From positions 72,016 to 136,015 of the forward strand of contig DUCS01000009.1 of the NCBI GenBank assembly GCA_012959695.1: a DNA stretch of 64,000 bases, in the 5' to 3' direction. The position numbers and the translations under genes are program-made. The notes under the pieces are model-generated. The model was given only the letters and a program-made list of their open reading frames with translations, was not told the origin of the DNA and searched no databases. Origin of the DNA: Cycloclasticus sp. (GTDB taxonomy: Bacteria; Pseudomonadota; Gammaproteobacteria; Methylococcales; Cycloclasticaceae). The number at the start of each line of letters is the position of its first letter. Positions within the stretch are counted from its first letter, which is position 1. Of the stretch, positions 9,015-18,157 are shown piece by piece.

Positions 9015-10493
9015 CTAAAAACGCTCAAAATACTCTTTATGCTCCCAGTCTGTCACAGTAGATAGGAACCGATGAATCTCATGCCGTTTAAGGCTGAGGT
9101 AATAGCCAATATAGGTATCGCCAATGGCATCCCTTAATAACTTGGATTCGTCTAATGCCGTTATTGCTTCCATCAGACTGGCTGGCAATGGTGTTTTATC
9201 CGTTTGGGCATACGGGTCATTTAACGGAGGCCCTGGGTCACGTTTTTTGTTAATCCCATCCATTCCTGCCGCTAGTTGAGAAGCAAAAAACAAATACGGG
9301 TTAGCCGCTGGTTCTCCAGAGCGATTCTCAATATGCACCGATGGGTCACCCGCATTTGCTAGCCGTAAACACGCTGCTTTATTATCAACCGACCAAACCG
9401 CACGATTTGGTGCTAAGGCATTAGAGTTCATCCGTTTGTAACCATTAATCGTCGGGTTAGAAAATGCTGTGCAGGCTCGTGCATGTTCTATTAAACCGGC
9501 AATATATTGCAAACCAATCGCTGACACACTTTCATTCTTGTTACTGGTTGCGAATATATTTTTACCCGTTTTTATATCCACCAACGACTGATGCAAATGC
9601 CAGCCTGAAGAGTACACGTTAGGTAGCGCAGGCTTACACATAAATGTTACTAAATAGCCATTACGGCGCGCCAACTGCTTTAGTGTCGAACGCATTAGCA
9701 CCATGGCATCAGCGGCTTGCATTGCAGGCAATGGCTCCATGGTTATTTCACATTGGCCTGGGCCCCACTCGTCTTCTAGCGATCGAATGGGCAGCTCTAA
9801 CGCTGTTAGGTGTTGATGAAACAACTCCATTAATGGCGCCACTTCATCTAAATTTTGCTCACCCTGATATTGATACGCATGCGCTAACGGCGATACGCTA
9901 GGTGGTTCTGCTGGTTGAGTCGATGCCTCCATCGTCAAATGTGGATCATCAATTTTGAACACATGGAACTCTACTTCCAGACCAATCAATAACTCATAGC
10001 CTTTTTTATGTACGGGCTTAAGTTGCTCAGCCAAAATCGCTCTAGGCGAAAAGGGCATTACCGCGCCCGACTTTAGGTATAAGTCAGACAACACCCAACC
10101 GGTATGATCACCCCATGGCAACAACCTGAAAGTCGTTGGGTCTGGCACCATCACCATATCGCCTGCACCACCCATTTCGGCGTTACCAAAACCACCGTCT
10201 TCACTAAAAACGGGCAAGAAGATATTATTCGCCGAGTCCATCGCGAAAATGGCATGGGTACTTGCTAAGCCATTTTTAAGCACCGAAACAAACTGCTTAA
10301 CCGGTAACATTTTTCCACGCGTTAGGCCGTGCTGATCACAGTAGGTCACACGAACATACTTAATCTCATCTACTTTTAAACGTTTAACCAGCTCCTTCGC
10401 TGCGGCCTTTTGTTCTTTATTCCATAGCCCGTGTTTTGCAATAAAGTTATCTAATCCAATTGATGACACGACATTTTCATTTTTATTGCTCAT
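9015..10493 (-). CDS. Glutamine synthetase-like gamma-glutamylation enzyme (TdnQ/AtdA1-like)
   Basis: FIAKHGLW..EQKAAA N-terminus, VMVPDPTTFRLLPW, GLEVEF, RSLEDEWGPGQCE, SGWHLHQSL, ENRSGEPAANPYL and VTDWEHKEYFE match the TdnQ/AtdA1 pattern as recalled. Adjacent to dioxygenase subunits. Confidence 0.85.
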   Translation of the reverse strand: MSNKNENVVSSIGLDNFIAKHGLWNKEQKAAAKELVKRLKVDEIKYVRVTYCDQHGLTRGKMLPVKQFVSVLKNGLASTHAIFAMDSANNIFLPVFSEDGGFGNAEMGGAGDMVMVPDPTTFRLLPWGDHTGWVLSDLYLKSGAVMPFSPRAILAEQLKPVHKKGYELLIGLEVEFHVFKIDDPHLTMEASTQPAEPPSVSPLAHAYQYQGEQNLDEVAPLMELFHQHLTALELPIRSLEDEWGPGQCEITMEPLPAMQAADAMVLMRSTLKQLARRNGYLVTFMCKPALPNVYSSGWHLHQSLVDIKTGKNIFATSNKNESVSAIGLQYIAGLIEHARACTAFSNPTINGYKRMNSNALAPNRAVWSVDNKAACLRLANAGDPSVHIENRSGEPAANPYLFFASQLAAGMDGINKKRDPGPPLNDPYAQTDKTPLPASLMEAITALDESKLLRDAIGDTYIGYYLSLKRHEIHRFLSTVTDWEHKEYFERF

Positions 10494-10520
10494 GTACCCT
10501 CTCCGCTTTAATAATTAAGG

Positions 10521-11117
10521 CTACAAGAAAAAAGTATTATTCTCTTGCAGACAATCTGCATCTATTAAGTTGATTTGTTTAACCGCTATCTTCCATTCAT
10601 TCTGTTCAGACACTAATGAATAGCCTATCCAGCCAGATAAAATTCGGTGTTTACCGTCAAACAAGGCATCAATAATAAAGCTGGCTCGCGCACGCACTTC
10701 CTTATCTACACCTTGCCGATATTCAATATTACCCAGCACATGCCGCGTACGAATCACCGGCACCATTGAATAGGCAACACCTGTTCTAATACGCGCCACA
10801 CGGTCTTGTAAACGGCGTTTGTCATGAAATTCTAACGTAATTTCTTGCCGCGGATCTACAACTGGGTAACTGCTGGGAATCCAATAAACACACTGGTCGC
10901 TATAACAATCCAGCCATTGTTCTAGTCGTAAGTCATCAGCCAAACGTGCCTCGGTAAATATTAACGATTCACATGCTTGCTTATCTTCAAGGGTTATTGG
11001 TGATATCGCAGGAGCCTCCATTTTCCAGCTCTCATTCAGTGCCATAAGCCGGTCGTAAAAGGCATCGTTTAAATAATAAGAGTCCGCGATTGAGTTATTT
11101 TTGCTTGCCATACTCAC
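10521..11117 (-). CDS. Ring-hydroxylating dioxygenase beta subunit (TdnA2/AtdA4-like)
   Basis: EARLADDLRLEQWL, YWIP, RRLQDRVARIRTG and WKIAVKQINLID. Directly downstream of the alpha subunit. Confidence 0.9.
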   Translation of the reverse strand: MSMASKNNSIADSYYLNDAFYDRLMALNESWKMEAPAISPITLEDKQACESLIFTEARLADDLRLEQWLDCYSDQCVYWIPSSYPVVDPRQEITLEFHDKRRLQDRVARIRTGVAYSMVPVIRTRHVLGNIEYRQGVDKEVRARASFIIDALFDGKHRILSGWIGYSLVSEQNEWKIAVKQINLIDADCLQENNTFFL

Positions 11118-12422
11118 TTACCCTAATGAAGATTCATCGTTAGATTGCATCAGTTTTTTCCACTCGGCGTAGTAAGCACGCATATGAATATCGGATGAAA
11201 TAACTGATGTGACAATACCATTGTCATCTGTTTTATCAACACCTGTGTGCAAATGCCGACTGATATCTATCCAGTCAATTTCACGTTCGTGCATGCCTTT
11301 AAAACAGGCTTCAAAGTTTGCCGTATCGTCTGGCTCACCAAAAGCCGTAAAGTCCTCTTGCGTGCGTAATCGAAGGGTATTTACGGCAGCTGGCACATTG
11401 TCTATGCTGGTTGAATACCACGTCATATCAGACAAGCCAACGGATAAGGGCGTTATCACTTGCAGCTGGTTACCAATGAATAACAGGTTGGGGAAAATAT
11501 TTAGATTCATCCCCGCCCCCGTCGCCATTTCAAAATATTCTCGAGCTTTGTCTTCACCCACCTCTTTAGTAAGTTGCTCAACAATCGCTTCACGACCCGG
11601 CTGTGGCCTTTGCCTATCGAACGCTGAAGCTTCATACATACAAGGTCGCTGGTCTAAAAACGTATGGCCATTGCCTAAATCTTGTGAATACATTGGCGTT
11701 GAGTCAATGCCGCCGGCAAAATAGTCCAAGTCCATGCCCGCACCATATCGCTGTTGTGTCATTTGCAATAATGACTGATGTGAAAATTCTGGGTGATAAC
11801 CATCGCCCGCATTGTCGTACAGGCATTTCCAATTTGCGTGTACGGTGTATTGTTGAGCACCACTGATTCGAATCGCTTTGTGGTCACCACCGTTATGGTC
11901 TATCCATTCATCAATGCGACCTGCCGCAGAACGCAAATGGTCTTTAATACCTTTTTTGCCTTTTTCAGGGTTTAATGTGGCTAATATAAACCCTCTGTAT
12001 TCAGATACATAAGGGATTTGTTTTAGGTTAAAACTACTTTTCTTGAAACCTTCGCCATAGGCATCTTGGTGAGGAATAGCGGCACATTCACCTGTGTTTT
12101 TAAACGTCCAACCGTGATAAGGACAGGTGAAAAAAGGTGTTTTATCGCCTTTTTTTTCTCGGCAAACTGTTGCGCCTCTGTGTGTACAACGATTAAGCAA
12201 CACATGTACCTTATGTTCTTTATCGCGCGTAACAATCACCGAGCGTAAACCCATTTTTCTAGCAACGAAGCTATTAGGCTCGGTAATTTCACTTGCGTGT
12301 GCAAGGTATACCCAAGTTTCACCAAATACTTTTTGTTGCTCGCGAGAGAAGATAGCCTCATCCGTGTATACCGTACGATGAACCCGCCCCTCTTGTACTA
12401 AATCGTCAAAATCACTCGCCAT
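11118..12422 (-). CDS. Rieske ring-hydroxylating dioxygenase alpha subunit (aniline dioxygenase TdnA1/AtdA3-like)
   Basis: Rieske NRCTHRG...CPYHGW and mononuclear Fe DNAGDGYHPEFSHQSLLQMT. QRPQPGRE and GAGMNLNIFPNLL are recalled from the aniline dioxygenase clade. Confidence 0.9.
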   Translation of the reverse strand: MASDFDDLVQEGRVHRTVYTDEAIFSREQQKVFGETWVYLAHASEITEPNSFVARKMGLRSVIVTRDKEHKVHVLLNRCTHRGATVCREKKGDKTPFFTCPYHGWTFKNTGECAAIPHQDAYGEGFKKSSFNLKQIPYVSEYRGFILATLNPEKGKKGIKDHLRSAAGRIDEWIDHNGGDHKAIRISGAQQYTVHANWKCLYDNAGDGYHPEFSHQSLLQMTQQRYGAGMDLDYFAGGIDSTPMYSQDLGNGHTFLDQRPCMYEASAFDRQRPQPGREAIVEQLTKEVGEDKAREYFEMATGAGMNLNIFPNLLFIGNQLQVITPLSVGLSDMTWYSTSIDNVPAAVNTLRLRTQEDFTAFGEPDDTANFEACFKGMHEREIDWIDISRHLHTGVDKTDDNGIVTSVISSDIHMRAYYAEWKKLMQSNDESSLG

Positions 12423-12469
12423 ATTTGCTCGTAGCTTTATTAAAATTTATTCTCTTTATCATGCTAGGA

Positions 12470-12499
12470 TTAACGTTAAATATCAACCAAATATTTGGT
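12470..12499. promoter_or_regulatory. Two perfect palindromes in a divergent promoter region (candidate operators)
   Basis: TTAACGTTAA (12470-12479) and ACCAAATATTTGGT (12486-12499) lie in the 88 bp gap between the alpha subunit and the amidotransferase genes. Confidence 0.45.
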
Positions 12500-12510
12500 C
12501 TGTCATCCGT

Positions 12511-13212
12511 ATGCATATACACGTTTTACACCATGTTCATTTGCCCATTAAACACGGCATTGTGCAGTACCTAGACAACTGTTCTCACACCGTTAGCCAT
12601 ACTTATTTATGTGAAGATCACAAGTTACCAGATTCCTCAACTATTGATTTGCTGATTATCATGGGCGGCATAATGAGTGCAAATAATGAAGATAAACATC
12701 CTTGGTTAATCGCCGAAAAAACGTTCATTAAAAGCGTTATTGATGCGGGAAAAGCAGTGTTTGGTATTTGCCTTGGTTCACAACTTATTGCATGCGCCTT
12801 AGGCGCAAAAGTAACTAAAAACCCAGATGCCGAATTTGGCTGGCACTCAATAACGCCATCAGACGCAGTTAAAGAAACATTTTTAGCTGATGTATTTGAC
12901 AAAGAAATGACCTTTTTCCATTCGCATGGAGAAACCTTTGACATTCCAACCGGTGCTACAAGGCTAGCCTCAAGCAAGGCCTGTAAAAACCAAGGGTTTA
13001 TTTATGATAACCGTGTCGTAGCGATTCAGTTTCACCCAGAGATTACGCCAGAATTGGCCAAACTATTTACCGACCATCTAGACTCTACATGGACAAACAG
13101 CCCGTTTTGCAAAGTCTCAGTAGACACATCAATTGAACAGCAGCTTTTTCGACAGTCGGCCTTAGTTATCGAGCAAATACTCGGCAAAATAGAACTTAAT
13201 GCTCTAAGGTAA
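12511..13212 (+). CDS. Class I glutamine amidotransferase-like hydrolase (TdnT/AtdA2-like)
   Basis: GICLGSQL nucleophile Cys and QFHPE His-Glu. Divergent from the dioxygenase/GS-like genes. Confidence 0.85.
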   Translation: MHIHVLHHVHLPIKHGIVQYLDNCSHTVSHTYLCEDHKLPDSSTIDLLIIMGGIMSANNEDKHPWLIAEKTFIKSVIDAGKAVFGICLGSQLIACALGAKVTKNPDAEFGWHSITPSDAVKETFLADVFDKEMTFFHSHGETFDIPTGATRLASSKACKNQGFIYDNRVVAIQFHPEITPELAKLFTDHLDSTWTNSPFCKVSVDTSIEQQLFRQSALVIEQILGKIELNALR

Positions 13213-13217
13213 TTGAG

Positions 13218-14699
13218 TTATTCTAGCCATCCTCGTGTTCTGGCAATGGCTTTTTGCCAACGATTAACGTGCGCTTCTCGTTGTTCTACTGACATATCCG
13301 CTATGAAACTACATTCAATTTCGACTTGTTGTTGAATAAATTCTGCTGTCCAAAAACATGCGCCTAGGCCTGCCATATACGCAGCACCTGTGGCCGTTGA
13401 TTCTAAATTGTGAGGACGCTCAATAATGATATCTAAAATATCCGCCTGAAATTGTGCCAAATAATTATTAGCAATCGCCCCGCCATCTACCTTTAATGCC
13501 TGAAGCTTTATGTCGCTGTCTTTTTCCATTGCCATTAACACATCGTAGGTTTGCAAGGCGATAGCCTGCAAGGTGGCGCGTGCAAGTCCTGCTTTGCCTG
13601 AACCAAGGCTCAGGCCAAACACTGCACCTCGGGCATCCATATCCCAATACGGTGAGCCTAAACCCACAAAGGCAGGTACAACCACCACATGGTCGTCGCC
13701 ATTTGCTTCATTAGCTAACGTTTCTGTTTCTTCAGCACTATCAATAATCTGCAATCCATCACGTAACCATTGCACCGCAGAGCCGGCAATAAAAACACTA
13801 CCTTCCAACGCATAAACAACCTTATTATTGGTCCGCCATGCAATCGTTGTTAACAAACCTGAATCACTAACAACTCGTTCTTCTCCCGTGTTGAGCAACA
13901 TAAAACAGCCAGTGCCGTAGGTGTTTTTAGCTTCACCTTTATTCCAAGACAGCTGCCCGAACAGTGCCGCCTGCTGATCGCCCAATACACCATGAATAGG
14001 TATATTGACTCCATCAAGAAGGTAGTTTCCAAAATGCGCGTTGGAGTCTTTAACTGTAGGCAAAATACTATTAGGAATATTTAGCATTGCAAGCAATTCA
14101 TTATCCCAAGCCGCTGTGTTGATATTGAATAGCATGGTGCGCGATGCGTTTGAACAATCAGTTGCATGCACTTCGCCATTGGTTAAATTCCAAATTAACC
14201 ATGTATCAATCGTGCCAAACAATAAATCACCTGACTCCGCTAATTCACGCGCGCCATCAACATTATCTAAAATCCACTGGATTTTTGTGCCTGAAAAATA
14301 AGCGTCAATCAGCAAACCTGTTTTTTCCCGAACGGCGGCATCCAAACCGTCAGCAATCATCGATACGCAGGTATCAGCAGTACGCTTATCTTGCCAAACA
14401 ATCGCGTTATATACCGGCTTGCCGGAATGCTTATTCCACAATACGGTCGTTTCTCGTTGATTGGTGATGCCAATGGCGGCGATATCTTGGCCTGTTAAAC
14501 CGTTATTCGATAACAACTCAGTTAACACCCCTAACTGGCATTCCCAAATCTCCATCGGGTCATGCTCCACCCAGCCGGGTTTGGGGAAGTGTTGCGTGAA
14601 TTCTCGCTGAGCAATATCAATAATTTTCGCTTCGGCATTAAATAAAACCGCGCGGCTACTGCTGGTACCCTGATCAAGTGAGATGATGTACTGCGCCAT
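13218..14699 (-). CDS. glpK: Glycerol kinase
   Basis: LDQGTSSSRA, GWVEHDP, GITNQRETT, NAIVWQD, GDQQAALFGQ and KNTYGTGCF. Confidence 0.96.
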   Translation of the reverse strand: MAQYIISLDQGTSSSRAVLFNAEAKIIDIAQREFTQHFPKPGWVEHDPMEIWECQLGVLTELLSNNGLTGQDIAAIGITNQRETTVLWNKHSGKPVYNAIVWQDKRTADTCVSMIADGLDAAVREKTGLLIDAYFSGTKIQWILDNVDGARELAESGDLLFGTIDTWLIWNLTNGEVHATDCSNASRTMLFNINTAAWDNELLAMLNIPNSILPTVKDSNAHFGNYLLDGVNIPIHGVLGDQQAALFGQLSWNKGEAKNTYGTGCFMLLNTGEERVVSDSGLLTTIAWRTNNKVVYALEGSVFIAGSAVQWLRDGLQIIDSAEETETLANEANGDDHVVVVPAFVGLGSPYWDMDARGAVFGLSLGSGKAGLARATLQAIALQTYDVLMAMEKDSDIKLQALKVDGGAIANNYLAQFQADILDIIIERPHNLESTATGAAYMAGLGACFWTAEFIQQQVEIECSFIADMSVEQREAHVNRWQKAIARTRGWLE

Positions 14700-14704
14700 T
14701 TGCG

Positions 14705-14947
14705 TTAAACGAGGTATTTCAAAACGAGATAAGGCGCGAGATTAAACAGTATGATGCTGAGCTTATAGAACCCCATGCAAAGATAGTTTGCTGAGTCGAA
14801 ACGTTCTACAGATAGTTTGAACCACCGGCTGTGGAAGTTATATAGCCAATCATGCCCTAGCGTGAAATATAAAAACCACAGAAATAACACTGCATAGTTA
14901 ACTACAAAACACCAGCCTAGAAAAGTTTGTATTAGCTCATCCGTCAT
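14705..14947 (-). CDS. Small membrane protein (DUF6868-like)
   Basis: FLGWCFVVNYAVL, HSRWFKLSVERFD and YKLSIILFNLAPYL. ATG 14947 avoids overlap with the glutaredoxin gene. Confidence 0.65.
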   Translation of the reverse strand: MTDELIQTFLGWCFVVNYAVLFLWFLYFTLGHDWLYNFHSRWFKLSVERFDSANYLCMGFYKLSIILFNLAPYLVLKYLV

Positions 14948-14961
14948 ATCAAAATACCCAG

Positions 14962-15360
14962 TTATCGCGGATGCAACCAAGCTGGAAGAAAAGACAGCGG
15001 ATCCGTTTTTACCGTTTGGTTAAACCTAATATTCGCACCTTTAAGGCGCTCTTGTAACCGCCCATCTTTGCACTCATCAAAAATATCGATACAACCACCA
15101 ACAAATTCACTATTAATATAAATTTGTGGCAGCGTTATCCATGTTGTTTTTTCATTGAGCGCCAAACGCATTTCTCGGCCACGATTATTGTCTACGTATT
15201 CGCCTGAGTCCAAATTAATCGTTCGATAGGGTATTTTGTATTCTTCTAATACTTTAATCACAGCCCAACAAAATTCGCACCATTCCAAAGCAAACATAAC
15301 AACTTGCTTGTCACTTCCTGCGATTTCTTGCTCTACCTCTGCCAGTGCTTTTTCTGTCAT
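14962..15360 (-). CDS. Glutaredoxin-domain protein
   Basis: WCEFCW CxxC motif; TLPQIYINSEFVGGC. Confidence 0.88.
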   Translation of the reverse strand: MTEKALAEVEQEIAGSDKQVVMFALEWCEFCWAVIKVLEEYKIPYRTINLDSGEYVDNNRGREMRLALNEKTTWITLPQIYINSEFVGGCIDIFDECKDGRLQERLKGANIRFNQTVKTDPLSFLPAWLHPR

Positions 15361-15361
15361 A

Positions 15362-16387
15362 TTAAAATTGATAACCTGGTGTTGAGCGGGACATATTCAT
15401 TTCATCATCAGACATGTCGATCGATATATCATCAAATAACGGCGTGGTTAAATAACGCTCGCCTGTATCTGGCAGCATGCATAAAATATTAGTTCCTTCG
15501 GCTGCCGTTTCAGCAATTTTTAACGCCCCAGCTAAGGTTGCTCCGGCAGAAATACCTACAAATATACCTTCTTGCTGAGCGAGGTCTTTCGAACATTGGA
15601 TAGCGAACCTACCATCAATCGGTAACAGCTGGTCTATGCGCGAACCATCAACAACTTCTTTGGTTAATTTAGGAATAAAATCTGGCGTCCAGCCTTGCAT
15701 TGGGTGCGGGGTAAAGTTGGGGTGGCTCTCGTTTTCTACCTGTTCAATACCGCTGCCTAGTAACTGAGCATTAATCGGCTCGCAAGCAATTATTTTAGTC
15801 TTGGGGCTTTTTACTTTTAACACTTGCGAGACACCATTCAATGTTCCACCTGTGCCGTAACCCGTTACCCAATAATCTAGCGTTGTATCTGAAAAATCCT
15901 CAAGAATTTCTTCTGCCGTCGTGGTGACGTGTATTTGTGCGTTGGCTGGGTTTTCAAACTGTTTTGATTGCCACCAACCATGTTCTGTAGCCAGTTCTTC
16001 AGCTTTTTTAACCATGCCCGTACCTTTTTCAGATGCTGGCGTAAGTACCACTTTTGCACCTAAAAATCGCATTAACTTGCGGCGTTCAACACTAAAGCTT
16101 TCAGCCATGGTTACCACTAAAGGATAGCCTCGTTGTGCACAAACCATCGCCAAGCCGATACCGGTGTTTCCACTGGTCGCTTCCACTATGGTTTGGCCCG
16201 GTTTTAACTCGCCCTTACGTTCTGCATCTTCTATAACGCCTAACGCTAGTCTGTCTTTAACTGAACCCATTGGGTTAAATGCTTCAATTTTAGCGAAAAC
16301 ATTGACGCCTTTAGGGCCTAATTTATTAATCCGCACGACCGGTGTATTGCCAATCGTTTCTAAAATATTATTGTAACGTTTACCCAT
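15362..16387 (-). CDS. cysK: Cysteine synthase A (O-acetylserine sulfhydrylase)
   Basis: IGNTPVV, NPMGSVKDR (PLP lysine), EATSGNTGIGLA, GTGGT and PDTGERYLTTPLF. Confidence 0.92.
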   Translation of the reverse strand: MGKRYNNILETIGNTPVVRINKLGPKGVNVFAKIEAFNPMGSVKDRLALGVIEDAERKGELKPGQTIVEATSGNTGIGLAMVCAQRGYPLVVTMAESFSVERRKLMRFLGAKVVLTPASEKGTGMVKKAEELATEHGWWQSKQFENPANAQIHVTTTAEEILEDFSDTTLDYWVTGYGTGGTLNGVSQVLKVKSPKTKIIACEPINAQLLGSGIEQVENESHPNFTPHPMQGWTPDFIPKLTKEVVDGSRIDQLLPIDGRFAIQCSKDLAQQEGIFVGISAGATLAGALKIAETAAEGTNILCMLPDTGERYLTTPLFDDISIDMSDDEMNMSRSTPGYQF

Positions 16388-16424
16388 CTCAATTCTCCTA
16401 ACTCTGTGTTTTTATCTATGTGCT

Positions 16425-17879
16425 TTAAATGCCCTTGGACATAATTTTATTACCAATATCAATCACTTCATTCACTAAATCATCCGCGTGATGCCAGTCG
16501 GTTCTGGCGCCTAAAAAACACGGGCGAATCACAAACTTATCACCCACCATCGTTGTACTGGGGATATTCACCCCGTTTTTCATTAATTGGCGATGGATTT
16601 TTTTATTCAAACCATTCAAGTCACTAGCTTTTTCGTGCACATAGCTGAAGCAACAAATAGACAACGTCGGTTCTAATGCTAGTTCTAAATTGGGGTGTTG
16701 CTTAGCTTGTTCAGCAACCCGTCGGGCCATTTCATTATGCCGGCAAATCCGCGCTCGCATCCCATCAACCCCAATTTCACGAATAAGGGCCCAAACAATG
16801 GCTCCACGTGTTGGCGCAGATAGTTCTACGCCTAAATCATGATAAGGAAACCCCATAGCATCCATTGAGTTTTCAACACGCTCCTCTTCCACCACGGTAG
16901 ATTCAATGTAGTCCGCATCACCTTGCGTAAAGGTATCATGCAGTGCGTTGTAATCACGCACAAAGGTTGCCCCAATCCCCACCGGTGCACCCAACCATTT
17001 ATGAGCATCAACAGTGATTGAATTTGCTAACGTTAGACCTCTGTATAAATCATTAACGTTAGGGTCCAATGTGCCCGGCAGGCCATAGGCCCCATCAACA
17101 TGGAACCAAATATTATATTCATGGGCAATCTCACCAATCTCTTGCAACGGGTCAATAGACCCCGTATTGGTACTACCAGCATTAGCCACAATAGCCACGG
17201 GTAGCGTATCTAACTGTTCATCTGCTTGGAGTTGTTTTCTTAATGCCTCTGGCGACATTCGCATATCATCATCCACAGCAATATGTACCATTGCTCGCCT
17301 GCCCATGCCCAATACTGCAACAGCACGGTGAACGGTATGATGACTTTGCTCAGTAGCGTAAATTCTACAAGCTCGTTGTACACCATCAGCAGCAGCATCA
17401 ATACCAATTTTCTTAAACGCCCATTGCCTAGCCGCCCCTAAACCGATTAAATTAGCTGTTGAACCCCCACTGCTAAATACGCCTTGCATACCCTTTGGCA
17501 AACCAAACATCTCAGCCAACCACTTAAGAGCTAGCCCTTCTAAATGATTAAATGCAGTTACACCAATACGCTGAGGAGATGCCACTATGCCGGCTAAGGT
17601 GGCAATTGAGCCTATGTCTGTTGCTGCCGTCGTAATATAAGACGTACAACCTGGTTTGGAGATTTGCGAGCCATTCGGAATAACATGCTCACCCATTTCG
17701 GCAATAACTTGACTCGCACCAATACCTTTTTCTGGAGCATGTCCGCTAAGTACAGACTTCCAACTAACAATATTAGCCACCGCATCTGGGTGTTCAAATC
17801 GTTGAAACTCTTCTAGGTGAGTGGTTATTTGCCTAAGAAGTTCAGCCAGGTGATCGCATGTTGCTTGTTCGTTATGCAT
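16425..17879 (-). CDS. Group II PLP-dependent (aromatic) amino acid decarboxylase
   Basis: GVFSSGGSTAN, AGSTNTGSIDPL, WFHVDGAYG and DAHKWL (PLP lysine). Confidence 0.88.
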   Translation of the reverse strand: MHNEQATCDHLAELLRQITTHLEEFQRFEHPDAVANIVSWKSVLSGHAPEKGIGASQVIAEMGEHVIPNGSQISKPGCTSYITTAATDIGSIATLAGIVASPQRIGVTAFNHLEGLALKWLAEMFGLPKGMQGVFSSGGSTANLIGLGAARQWAFKKIGIDAAADGVQRACRIYATEQSHHTVHRAVAVLGMGRRAMVHIAVDDDMRMSPEALRKQLQADEQLDTLPVAIVANAGSTNTGSIDPLQEIGEIAHEYNIWFHVDGAYGLPGTLDPNVNDLYRGLTLANSITVDAHKWLGAPVGIGATFVRDYNALHDTFTQGDADYIESTVVEEERVENSMDAMGFPYHDLGVELSAPTRGAIVWALIREIGVDGMRARICRHNEMARRVAEQAKQHPNLELALEPTLSICCFSYVHEKASDLNGLNKKIHRQLMKNGVNIPSTTMVGDKFVIRPCFLGARTDWHHADDLVNEVIDIGNKIMSKGI

Positions 17880-17960
17880 TAGATACCTTTGTTAATAGCA
17901 ATGCCATTTGTGCTTATATTAACGCCAAACAAGGTGCACGGCTAATTTTAAAAATAACCT

Positions 17961-18143
17961 TTAAAGCATCATGCCCGTATGCACCGCTGTTCCAAATACC
18001 GCGAACAGAATGCTAGCGACTATCGACATTATTATAAACGCTGGAATAGCAGCGATTGATAGCTTTACTAAGAAAATCACCATTGAAATAAACGGCATTT
18101 TCACATCAATGATACTGACTTTGGTTGTCTCTGTATTATCCAT
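17961..18143 (-). CDS. Small membrane protein
   Basis: GGAG precedes ATG 18143. IIDVKMPFISMVIFLVKLSIAAIPA is hydrophobic. Last gene of the trhO run. Confidence 0.65.
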   Translation of the reverse strand: MDNTETTKVSIIDVKMPFISMVIFLVKLSIAAIPAFIIMSIVASILFAVFGTAVHTGMML

Positions 18144-18157
18144 TTTGAACTCCACTT

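Noticed and set aside
9015-10493. Housekeeping glutamine synthetase glnA
   Set aside because: Sequence pattern and context match the TdnQ/AtdA1-type gamma-glutamylating subfamily, and no ntrBC is adjacent.
11209-11724. 171-aa ORF antisense to the dioxygenase alpha subunit
   Set aside because: A shadow frame of a well-supported gene with no motifs. The same applies to 39043..39534, 41523..42134, 21692..22108, 44781..45176 and the other short antisense ORFs.
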